64,000 nucleotides of DNA, taken from NCBI GenBank assembly GCA_000388065.2, contig KB932202.1; one strand, 5' to 3'. The first letter of the stretch is position 1, and each line of letters begins with the position of its first letter. This DNA comes from Fonticula alba ATCC 38817 (taxonomy: Eukaryota; Protista; Nucleariida). Below are positions 48,884 through 60,882 of the stretch, one piece after another. The notes below the pieces were generated by a model. That model was not told the DNA's origin and made no database searches. It was given only the letters and a program-made list of their open reading frames with translations. A program made the position numbers and the translations under genes.

Positions 48884-49136
48884 GTCGACAGATAAAACAG
48901 GGAAGCCGATCTCCCAGCGCCCCCAATGCTGATGCCCTTTGCCATACCAACTCTTGCTCAGCCGTTGGAAGGAATAGGTTAGGCTGCATCTCAGGCGTTT
49001 TCTGTGTGCGTGTGTGTGTATGTGTTGGTGCGTGTCCAGGAGATGGCGCCTCGCCTGGGCATTTCTTCGTCGACCTCCTCCTGACGGCCACCATAAAAAA
49101 CACCTCATAGACGCATGGCGGTTGGCTCCTAGCACA

Positions 49137-49210
49137 GGCCCCATAGCTCAGTTGGTTAGAGCGTCGTGCTAATAACGCGAAGGTCGTCAGTTCGATCCTG
49201 GCTGGGGCCA
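49137..49210 (+). tRNA. tRNA-Ile (AAT)
   Basis: Acceptor GGCCCCA/TGGGGCC, anticodon stem TCGTG/CGCGA with loop CT-AAT-AA, T loop TTCGATC, and a TTTTT terminator 4 nt downstream. Confidence 0.97.
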
Positions 49211-50945
49211 AACTTTTTCCTGGGGCTCTCAATCTGAATGGTATTTCATTCTGCTGTGAGGTGCATTCCTGAATATACGCTACGCGACTGCAGGGCATGC
49301 GCACGCATGCCACCCGGGACCCGGGCAAAAATGCGCCATCCGACTCGGCAAAGGCATTCTCTTCCGTTCCTCCTCTGGGTACGGGATGGCCACGCATTTG
49401 GAAATTTAATAATGGCGGGATTAAATCGATTTGATGCTGTGGGGGGTGCTCGGGCGCAGTGATTCACAATGTGTGTGTGTGTGTGTGTGTCTGTGTGTGT
49501 GTGTGTGTGCGTGTGTGTGTGTGGGCGTGTGCATGTGTGTGCTTGTGCAGTGCGCAAGTGGGTCTGTACCTGTTCTTGCTCTTCACGCCTCCTCTCGGTT
49601 GTCCCCTTGTCGGGCCATTTTCCTGATCTCAACCTCTGTGGCGCATCTCCGAGGACGCCAGGGTGCGAGTCCTTGGCCGACCCGAGGAGGCGAAGCTGGG
49701 GTCGGATCCGTTGCCAGAGCCTCGGGCCAGCCAATGGGGATCTCCTCGTGCCGACCATCTTTCTTTTCTTCGCTCGGCTCCCCGCTTTCAGGGGTGAGAG
49801 GGAGATCTCGGGGTTGGTGGTTCGGGCGGGCGTTTGTTATTTCCCTCAATGCCAGGGCAGAGAAGGGGTATCGGCCCCTCGCCTCCCCTGTCGTGCCCCC
49901 GGCCCCCCCGGCCGGCCGTCCTTCTGCCCGCGCTCCCTTGTGTCTCGCCCTCCGTGTCCATGACCCATCTGAATGTCACCCTCGGCCGATTGGTTTTCTG
50001 CTCGCCCGGGTGTGCATCGCTGGCTCAGCTGTCCGGTCCTAGGGTTGAGGATAGCTGGTCAAGTTAGAGGCTGGTGTGCGTGTGCTTGTGTGTGTGTGTG
50101 TGTGTTTGTGTGTGTATGTGTACGGGTAAGTGTATGCGTGTATGCGTGTACTTGCGTGTGTCCCGCCTTCCTCCCGCGACCACATCCCCGGACCTCGGTC
50201 TTGCCTGTGGTCTTCTAGCCTCCCCTGTCGCCGGGGGGGGGGGGGGGCATATCCCAGCTGGGCTTCCGGCGGGCTGCTCCTTGCGCTGCCGCCCGACTCC
50301 GGGGAGGACATTCCGCGGTTCGTCTCTGTCGTTTTCCCGCCTCCCCGTCTCGCCCTTTCTACTCGGTGCCCCTCTGTCTTCCTGGGCACTCTTAATTCCT
50401 CAGAAGGACCATGTGCGCATGAGCCCCGCCCAGCCAGGGGGCATGCTCGGGAGGGAGGGGGCAACAGACACACGGCCACTGGGACCGTCAGGACTGTGTC
50501 CCCCCGCCCTTCCTTGGTGTACCTCCGCGGGTGTGTGTCTGTGTGTGGGTGTGGGTGCGCCTGTCTGCATGCGGGGGGTGGGGAGGGTCAAGCAGCGCAC
50601 CACGCGGGATGAATGGCGAGGAATGGGGGAGAAGCAGTGCCCACCGCCAGAGGCGTATAAGAGGACCAGCCCGAGGGCAGTGTGGCGGGGACGCTGCGGG
50701 CAGACAGATTTTCTGCAATTATTCCCCCCTCCCTCCGACATTGTACGAACCTCTCCCTTTTGTTCCCTCGCCCCCCCCCCCCCTTCCCCTCCTGCCGGCC
50801 GTGAGCTCCCCCGCGGCTCTCGTCCGCCCATGTTGCCATTTGCGTCGACCTCCTGTCCTTCTGCTCACCCCCCTCCTTTCTTAGTACTTGTCTCCCTTGC
50901 TTCCCCTTTTTTTTCCTGCACACGCTCCCTTCCACCACCGTCACC

Positions 50946-51753
50946 ATGGAGTTCGCCGATGTCCTTGCCCTTCCCTACCCCGACCAGGCCAAGTTCTTCC
51001 TGAACGCCTTCTGGCCCGAGCTCTCCGACCGCGCCGAGGAGGTCTGGAACTTCAACAACAACATTGTGGCCCTCGACCATGAGCACGGCGCCAACGGCAA
51101 GAGCCTCGACGAGTTCAAGTCCCACATGTACCTCGAGAAGTTCGGTGCGTCTCCATGCCGCTGCTACCATCGCTGCCGTTTGCACTGCAACTGCGCCTTC
51201 TGCGCCTTTTGCGCCTCTCCACGCTCTCTGCCCTGGCTCGCGCCCATCCTGACCCCCTCTCTACCGGACCACCCGCCCCAATGCAGAGCTCACCCACACC
51301 GCCTGCGACCTGCGCGACGTCCTGCGTGCCATCAACTCCGAGAACACCAAGCGTCTGACCCTGGTCGAGTTCCTGCTGTTCAACTATGAGCAGACCATCG
51401 CCGAGATGATGAAGCGCCCCCAGGCCATGAACGACCTGCTCAAGAAGGCCGAGCTGGCTCTGGTGGCCGTGCAGAAGGAGATCGACGCCATCGAGGCCCG
51501 CAAGGCCGAGCTCATGAAGGCGGCCGAGGGGTCCGGTGTGCGCGCGCACGCGGCCAAGAACGAGCTTGAGCAGCTCTACTCCGCCGATCAGCTCCCTCTG
51601 AACCAGGCCCTCATCACTGCCGAGGCGGCCGTCCGCCGTGCCGCCCGCGAGGGTGACCAGTCCGCCGCCGGCTCCATCTGGTGGCAGACTCGCACCCTGG
51701 AGGAGGCCAAGAAGTACAAGCCCCGTGGTGGTGTCAAGAGCTTCGACTGCTAA
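50946..51753 (+). CDS. Homolog of the Dictyostelium 34-kDa calcium-regulated actin-bundling protein (ABP34/AbpB), 2 exons
   Basis: FADVLALPYPDQAKFFLNAFWPEL and LNQALITAEAAVRRA...SAAGSIWWQTRTLEEAKKY match the ABP34 N- and C-terminal motifs as recalled (LPF.QQA.HFLNAYW; LN.ALISAEAAVR; AGAIWWM.R.LEE). Strong C-ending codon bias. One phase-1 intron at about 51147-51287. Confidence 0.85.
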
Positions 51754-52604
51754 GCATCCGGTGCTTGGTGCTGTCGCGCCGTCTTCCTCTCCCCCCCCCC
51801 TCCTCTCCTTCTCTCGTATATCCTCCCTGCTTTCTCCATCTCTCCTCGCTGTGCAAGCATATCACATATGTGTGTGCGGCGCGGGGGCTGATGATGGGGG
51901 TTGCGTTTGTGTTCTCTCGAGAGATAGACGCTTGTGTCTTCCTTCTCCCCCCTCCTTCCCGGGCGGGTCCCGGGCTCGGGGCCGCCGTGCCAGAGTCCCC
52001 TTCCCTCGGCCGCGCGTCCGAATACACTGTGTTATGTCCCCTTCTCCCCCCTCCCTTTGTCCGTACCATGGCGCCCTTTTTTTATTGCTTATATATTTGT
52101 GTATGTGTGGTATATAATGTACAAAACGCTCTCAGAGCCGAGAGAGAGAGAGAGAGAAGTGGTTCCGTTTTTTTTTCCATTCCTTTGAGCAATGCTCGAA
52201 AGGGAGCCCCCCCCCCCGTCAGCCCGATCTTGTGTGGGTGCGCTCCGTCCGGCCCCCCTTCGGCATTTCGCCGTAGGGGGAGAGCGGGGAGCAAGGGGAG
52301 GGGCAATTGGTCAAGGAGCGCAAAGAAGGTGAGGATGGGAGGGGAGACTCCGTTCAAGGGTAGGAGGGTCGGCATTTGTGCCAAGGTGTGGCATATGTGC
52401 TCTTATTCTTGGCATTTGCCGGGGAGTGGGGAGAGGGGGGGGGGGGGACAGTGTGGGAGCCGGCTTTGGGGGAAGTCCAACTCCCCGTGCGGCCAAATGT
52501 CTACAGCAAAGGCCTTCAGGGGGAGGCGCAGCCCATGGCGCGGGTATCCATGGCCGCGGCCTCTTGTGGATGGTCTTCCTGCCGGATTTGCACGATCACC
52601 CCTC

Positions 52605-54241
52605 CTATGCCCCCATGTAACGGAGGCGCTGCATCGTGTTCATGAGCTGCAACGGGGGATGGGTGTCAGGGAGTGTGGGCCAAGATGCGGCATGTGTGGC
52701 GGAATGCAGGAGAAGCAGCGAGCGGTTGAACGGGGTGGGTGCTCCGGTGCGTACCTTGGTCCGAGCATGGGGAGTGGTGATCCCAAGCAGGTAGAGCTCG
52801 GAATAGCCCAACTCAAGGAGGGCCTCGCCATTGATATCTTGGGCTGGGCGCGAGGGCGGCAAATGGGGCAAATGCGGACATGGATGGCCGTTAGCCAGGG
52901 ATGGGGGCGGCGCGAATGCGGATGGTGGGTGCAAGAAAAGAAAAAAGACGCACAGGCAAACAGCGGGGCCAGCTGCTCAAAGCCATTGGCCCGGAGCCAG
53001 TAGCTGACCATGGGAACGGTCCAAAGGGCGATATCAGTGGGAAGGCTGCGCGCCGAGCGAGTTGAGGTGGTCAAGTTCGAGGGGGCATGCTTGCGGGAGG
53101 GGGCCGCCGCAGCAGCCGCCGCCATGGCGGCCATGGTGGCCGAGGCAATGTCCTCCAAGTCGGACTCCGAATGCTTGGACAGGTGTTGAGAAAGGAGCAG
53201 CTGGGCCGGCGAGCCGGGGGGCGACCACTGGTCGGCAGCGGCATCGGCGCCCGGGGAGCCGGCCGACATGGCGGTGCTGCCATTGAGAGCCGCCGTGTCG
53301 ATCAACTCCGGCGGGGAGAGTGGCGCTGCCGAGCCGGGCCCATCGGTCGGCAGGAGGGCCGGCGAGTTGGAGGTCGAAAAGAGGGCCCGCGTCGGGGTTG
53401 ACAAAGCCTGCCCGGTGTCGCTGCCGGCCAGTCGTGACACATCCAAATCCAGCGGCGAGATGGGGGCCAGGTTGACCGGGGCGCTGGTCGGCGGGGCGGA
53501 TGTCACCTCGGGCAGGTCATCGTCAACCGGCGGCAGGAGGATATCACTCGAAACCTGCAGGGCGCCCGGATCGCCGGCGGCCGTCTGCAGGGGGGTAACC
53601 GGCGTGGCGGTGATCCGGCCATCGAGAGTGAGGGAGACATTGGGGACGATGGTCGAGCCGCCGGCATTCCGAGTCCGCCGGGAGAGGGCGCGCTTGAGGC
53701 CGCTCTGCCGGCCGCCGGTGGACGCGAGGCTCGGCGACCCGGGCTGCGAGGAGCCGCTATCCAAATCCAACGAGAGAGTGGAGGTGGGGGTGGCGACCAG
53801 GTCGACTGGAGCCGCGGCAGGGGCAGGGTCCGCGGCTGAGGCGGCGGAGGCCGCCGGGTTTGCCGGGCCAATTTGATTGTTGACCATGGAGCTGTGGAAG
53901 TAGCCGACATGGCCGGCAGCATTGATGCCCTGTGTATCGGGGCGCATGGTAAGAGGGGGAGGTTGATGTACCGGTGAATACGGCCCGAAGCAGGGGCGTT
54001 GTGCCGGGAGAATGGGCGGGTGGAGGTGCGAACAGGCAGGCCGAGCGACAAGGGGAAAGTCCCAGGAAGGACGTGGTCATACCTTCCACATGCCAGGGCG
54101 GGCACCGCTATTGTCCAGGACTGTGATCTTCTCCCCGGGCTCCATGGAAAAGGGGACTTGGACGCCATCGGCATCGTAGGAAATGAGCGTAGCCGTGGCG
54201 ACCACGACATACGGCACGAAGCCCGAGCTGGAGGAGCTCAT
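52605..54241 (-). CDS. SH3 + disordered linker + SAM adaptor protein (Boi/Pob1-like architecture, no PH domain), 4 exons
   Basis: Spliced N-terminus ATLISYDADGVQVPFSMEPGEKITVLDNSGARPGMWK|GINAAGHVGYFHSSMV is SH3-like. C-terminus LWTVPMVSYWLRANGFEQLAPLFA|SQDINGEALLELGYSELYLLGITTPHARTK|LMNTMQRLR is a SAM domain. Confidence 0.8.
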
Positions 54242-55320
54242 CTTTGTGCGCCTCGCTCGCTTTCTCTCTCGTACGTGCGGGGTCGGGTGCGGGTGGGGGC
54301 AGGGGTGGATGGATGAGGCAGAAGGGGGGAGGAGGGCTCGGGCGAGGGGCGGAGAGAGAGAGAGAGAGAGGAAGGGAGAGGGCAGGAGGTGGGCGGCGGG
54401 GGAGGCGCTGGGGGGGGGGGAGAGGCTGGCATCGGGTGTGAAGCATCAGGCAGGAGGGAGGGGCCCCGAAAATGGCAGATCTCCAACCGTCCCCCCCCCC
54501 CCCCCCTTCCGCCGCCCGGCTCTTCCCCCTTCCTTTGTGATGGCCCGAGGCGGGAGGGCGGCACCAGGAGGGGGGGGGGGACTTGGCCCCCATCTCCCCC
54601 GAACCCCGGGGCGCGGGGATTGGCCAGGCCGGCCTAAATCCATGGCAGCCACCGAAACAGCCTCCCCCTCTTTCATGCCAGCCGGCACGAGGCCAGTGGT
54701 AAACTGCTGGTCCTCGCGGCCACTTGCTCAGGGGCTCCCCTGCGCCGGGGGCAACCCCCGGGGGTGGTGGGGACAGTCAACGGCGCGGGGGTGGGCGCGG
54801 GGGAGGGGGGGGAAAAAAACAGGGGCACCGACCCGACCGGCCCGGAAGCCCCTTAAGAAGACGCCCCTGTGCGCGGCGCGTGCGTCGCGCGAAGGCGCGT
54901 ATTAACGCGCTTGAAGGGGCGCGGCTCTCCTATTTTCTAGCGAGGTGCGGGGGGCCACACACTTGTGGGGCCGCCAGGCAGAGTCCCGCGCTGCCCATGC
55001 TCGCCCCCTGTCCTGATCCCCCCGCCCGTACTGGGGCCCACCCCGGAGGCGGCTGGCAGCATGCGTATGGGCGCCTGAGTGCCCCCATCAGAACTTGCGG
55101 GGGCGCGCCCGTGCGTACTTCTTGCATGGGCGAGTACGTCTGTGCGTGTACGGGGCCGCGCGTAGCCCTCTCGTGGGGCGGAAAAACCGCCCGGTCTTGG
55201 CTCTCCCTTGCCATGGGCTGCGCGACGGCCGGCGTACGAACTGCGGTGCCAATTGTTCATTCCCCGCGGGGCCCAGAATAAGGTTAGGTTTTATGGCAAT
55301 GATGTATACATCATTCCAAC

Positions 55321-55393
55321 TCCCATATAGTCTAGGTGGTTAGGATACGTGGCTCTCACCCACGAGACCCGGGTTCGAGTCCCGGTATGGGAA
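55321..55393 (+). tRNA. tRNA-Glu (CTC)
   Basis: Acceptor TCCCATA/TATGGGA, anticodon stem CGTGG/CCACG with loop CT-CTC-AC, T arm CCGGG-TTCGAGT-CCCGG, and a T-run downstream. Confidence 0.97.
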
Positions 55394-56316
55394 TATATTT
55401 TATTCCATTTTGCTCCACCTCGCCCCGCCAGCCCCGCGGCTACCATAGCCGCCTGAGCTGGGCCGACTCGGTCTCTGGGTCCCGGGGACCGGAATACGAC
55501 GCCATGCGTGGCGCTGGCGTCGCGATCCGAGGCGTTTTTCGACCACCAATCCACCAAACCGATGGTGATGTGCACTGCCGAGAAAAGATGCCCCCCCCCC
55601 CCCCCCTCCCCACCGCTGCCCCACATATCAGCACATTTACATGTGTGTCACTCCAGTCATCGGCGGCCTGTTGGAGATGCGGCCGCGCTGTCGGCGGGGC
55701 ACCATGCTAGGGAGTGTTGTTTCGGCAATATGCCGTTTTTCGGGGGCGGCCAGCAGACGGGGGGGGGGGGAAACCTTGGAGCAAAAATGCTCCACCAAAA
55801 CAGGAAAACCCTTTTGAATTCAATGATCCCGATCCCCCTTTTCAACGGCGCAAGGGCCGGCAAAGAGCCCCCAAGATCCAGACACGCTTTTGCCCCCTCT
55901 CTGTGAGCAGGTCCCCTCCCCCCTTCCTACCTGGTCCCTCCTCTGCCTCCCCTCCTGTCTCTGCACCCTTCCCTGCTGTTACCTGGGCGTGCGTACTTAG
56001 TAAGCAGCCCGGAGCCGTGGTCTTTCTGTCCGCCATCAATGGGTGCTCTGTGCCGGATCTAGCTCCCCGATCCCCGCGACCTATTCGCCCTCGTCCAGGC
56101 TGCCCCCGACGCGGGGCACACCGATTGGGTGGGTGACCGGTCGGGGCGCCGTGGCAGCACAGCAGCCTGATTGTGGGCTTTCATGGTGGATCATGCACGG
56201 CCCCAGATCAGCTGACATGAGGCCGTTACCGGGCGCACCTTTTTCGACAAATGCGGCCCCAGTCTCGGGGAGGCCATGCCCCTCGGGTTTGAGCTGCCAG
56301 GCGCGACCTCGGGGTA

Positions 56317-56364
<48 letters not shown>

Positions 56365-56509
56365 ACACAAAGGGGCGGATGTCGCAGCCACCCGCAAGCA
56401 GACATCGCTTTTCCACGTTTTTTACAGCCCCAGCTCATGTCCCCTGGCTGTGCCTGTTCCTCCTCTCCCGCTCTTTCTGCCCGTCCTCCCCCCGCCCATC
56501 CCTGCCTGA

Positions 56510-57714
<1,205 letters not shown>

Positions 57715-57998
57715 AAGGTCAACGCTCCTCATTAACCTCCCTTCCTGAGCGGGGACCCCCTCAATGTACTATCCTATGGTTTTTCCTCTTCCCCCCCCCC
57801 CCCCGCCCCCAGTCTCATACAGAGAAATAGATAGCATCCAATTTCACCCTGGAAAATGACAATGCAGGTGTGTGCGTGTGTGTGTGTGTGTGTTGATGGT
57901 CCGGGGCGGCGAGAAAGAGAAGGAGAGAGAAGCAGAGGGCAGGTGTTTATGGAAGAGCTAGAAAGGGAGGGAGATCCGAAGATGGCAGGCAGACGCGT

Positions 57999-58875
57999 TC
58001 AGGCGTCCCGCGTCAGGCACTCGACAATGGTCTTATGCAGGCTGAGACATCCGGCCAGGCAGGTGTGGAAAGCCTCGGTCACCTGGGTCGGCGGAGCGGA
58101 GCCGGTCGAAATCATGAGCGACGTCTCATTGAGTGTGGGCATGTAGGTGACCAGCATGCTGCCGGCCAGATCGGGCGATGCCTCTTCCTCCAGGCACGGA
58201 TCAATCCAGAGGCTCTGTTGCGACTGATCGGCACCCGAGGCGGGAGCAGAGGCAGCGATAGAAACAGTGTTGCAGGCGATGGCCAGGTCGTTCATGGGGA
58301 TGCCGGCCGAAGCCAGGGCGGCCGTGGCGCAGTTGATGGCAGCCGGCAGGACAGATCCCCCGTTCTCCAGGATGACGATGTAAATGTCGACCGAGAGCTT
58401 GGGGAAGGTGTCGAGGCGGAGGGACGGCAGGAGAGCCTGCTCCACAAGGGCAGCAAGCTCACCATCTTGGGCGTTCTGCACGTGGCGGTGGCATTTCCGG
58501 GAAACGGGTCAGCTCATTTGTATGCTGCCATGGGCGGATGGCAGGAAAGTGGGCGGAGTGCATTGCCTCGACATGGGAAGGGCCAGGCAGGGGGGGGGGG
58601 GGATATCAAGCCCATGCGATGAGCGCACCTTGCCAGGGGCGAGACGATGGGTCCCGGCAAAGGGAGACGTCAGGACTTCGACATCGATGACACCGGTGTC
58701 GCGGAAGGGCTGGCGCCGGTGCGACTGGCGAGGACCGTAACTGGGCCAAAGGGAGAGAAGAGTCGAGAGAATGCAGGAGGTAGAGTCAGATGCCGAAGCC
58801 GGCCACCGGTACCGGTGGCATCCATGGGCTTGAGGGTGGCCGGTGCACAATCGGGATGGGACAGGAGCAGTGTTC

Positions 58876-58915
<40 letters not shown>

Positions 58916-59257
58916 AGCGCGTACACCGAGCAAATGACCTTTGTCCCATTCATCTCGAGCAGACTAGATCCGGTGGCCTGGGGATTGACATCGGTCTCAA
59001 GGACTGGTCATTGGGAAGAAAAAAAAAAGGATGGCATCGGAGAGGAAGCGGGTCAGAGGGCGAGTGGGGCTGGGGCAGCGGCCGAGTGGGCGGACAAGCT
59101 GGTGCAGGCGAGGAGACGAGCAGGGCGCACAGATTGGCCGAACGGCCATGGCATCGCGGCCGCCCAGGCGACCGGAAGCCGCGGTGCAGGGCTGCCGGGG
59201 GTTTCCGACGGGGGGAACCGTATCGATCGGAGCACAGATCCTCCGCTTGTCGGCCAT
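57999..59257 (-). CDS. MTR3: Exosome RNase PH-like subunit Mtr3/EXOSC6 (4 exons)
   Basis: Contains MADKRRICAP (Mtr3-type DRRR.xxP start), ATGSSLLEMNGTKVICSVYGPR, FPKLSVDIYIVILENGGSVLPAAINCATAALASAGIPMNDL and WIDPCLEEE. Rrp41 is the alternative assignment. Confidence 0.82.
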
Positions 59258-60737
59258 GGTATGAAGAGGGGCAGGGGATGGAGCGACGAGTGGCGGGCTT
59301 CGAGGGGAGGCGAGGGGGCGGGGGGGGGGGGAAGGCGGAGGAGAAGGAGGAGGNNNNNNNNNNNNNNNNNNNNNNNNNNNNNNNNNNNNNNNNNNNNNNN
59401 NNNNNNNNNNNNNNNNNNNNNNNNNNNNNNNNNNNNNNNNNNNNNNNNNNNNNNNNNNNNNNNNNNNNNNNNNNNNNNNNNNNNNNNNNNNNNNNNNNNN
59501 NNNNNNNNNNNNNNNNNNNNNNNNNNNNNNNNNNNNNNNNNNNNNNNNNNNNNNNNNNNNNNNNNNNNNNNNNNNNNNNNNNNNNNNNNNNNNNNNNNNN
59601 NNNNNNNNNNNNNNNNNNNNNNNNNNNNNNNNNNNNNNNNNNNNNNNNNNNNNNNNNNNNNNNNNNNNNNNNNNNNNNNNNNNNNNNNNNNNNNNNNNNN
59701 NNNNNNNNNNNNNNNNNNNNNNNNNNNNNNNNNNNNNNNNNNNNNNNNNNNNNNNNNNNNNNNNNNNNNNNNNNNNNNNNNNNNNNNNNNNNNNNNNNNN
59801 NNNNNNNNNNNNNNNNNNNNNNNNNNNNNNNNNNNNNNNNNNNNNNNNNNNNNNNNNNNNNNNNNNNNNNNNNNNNNNNNNNNNNNNNNNNNNNNNNNNN
59901 NNNNNNNNNNNNNNNNNNNNNNNNNNNNNNNNNNNNNNNNNNNNNNNNNNNNNNNNNNNNNNNNNNNNNNNNNNNNNNNNNNNNNNNNNNNNNNNNNNNN
60001 NNNNNNNNNNNNNNNNNNNNNNNNNNNNNNNNNNNNNNNNNNNNNNNNNNNNNNNNNNNNNNNNNNNNNNNNNNNNNNNNNNNNNNNNNCCAAGCAGGCG
60101 TGGCTGCACATCAGGGTCCGGATGTGAGCGAGTGACTCCTCCTCCACGGGACTATGCACGCCGCCGGGTGACACATGCCAAAAGATCGCCATGCGCCGGG
60201 CAGGTCTCCGGAGATGGACTGTCGCCCTGCGAACCGGGGCTCTGGCTTAGTCGATACCATGGCAGCGGGTATGTTGCTGTGTTTGACCCTCGGCGTTTTC
60301 TTCCCGCATAGCCGGAAGGATGCCTTTTTTTTCTGTTTGTCTCCCCCACCCACACTGCGCACGGTCTCCATGCCCCTCGCGGCTGCTGGACGGCCGCCGC
60401 ACCGGGAACGAGGCGCCGGAACCCCGGGCAACCCGGCCCGGCAGTGGCTCACGGCGCATCTCCTGTCTCGCGGCAGGTATATCTGCATGCAGCCGGTCCG
60501 CCATGCCCGGCCCGCATTAGGGCGCCGGCCCCTGGGCGGCTCGGCCCGGAGTGTGGGGCCATGGGCGCCGGGGTCCGGTCAGTGGTCGAGGGCCTCGGCC
60601 ATGCGGGTGACTTGCGGCCTGTTGGAGGTACGCCGAGAGCAGAAGCCGGTGTGTCGAGGCGGCCGAGCACCTGGCTGACGTGGGCTCCGGGCATCCGGCA
60701 ATCGCGGATCTGCGCGTGACGGCCCGATGTGCCTGTC

Positions 60738-60882
60738 CTGGCTGCAGAGGGGGGTGCATTGGCCAGGGCCGAGGTGTCGGCATGCGTGTCGCTGGCGGCT
60801 GCGGGGACTGGCTGCAGAGGGGGGTGCATTGGCCAGGGCCGAGGTGTCGGCATGCGTGTCGCTGGCGGCTGCGGGGACTGGC
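60738..60882 (+). repeat. Perfect 70-bp tandem duplication (about 2.07 copies)
   Basis: The unit CTGGCTGCAGAGGGGGGTGCATT...GCTGCGGGGA starts at 60738 and again at 60808. Confidence 0.95.

Noticed and set aside
54052-54145. GGGGAAAGTCCC plus a later GGGCTC, resembling the RNase MRP P4 helix
   Set aside because: The spacing is far too short and the region is the antisense of the SH3 exon and intron.
57817-57838. ATACAGAGAA...AGCAT resembling the U6 snRNA ACAGAGA box
   Set aside because: The downstream U6 sequence (GATTAGCATGGCCCCTGCGC) and the 5' stem are absent. It lies in the TYMS/MTR3 3' region.
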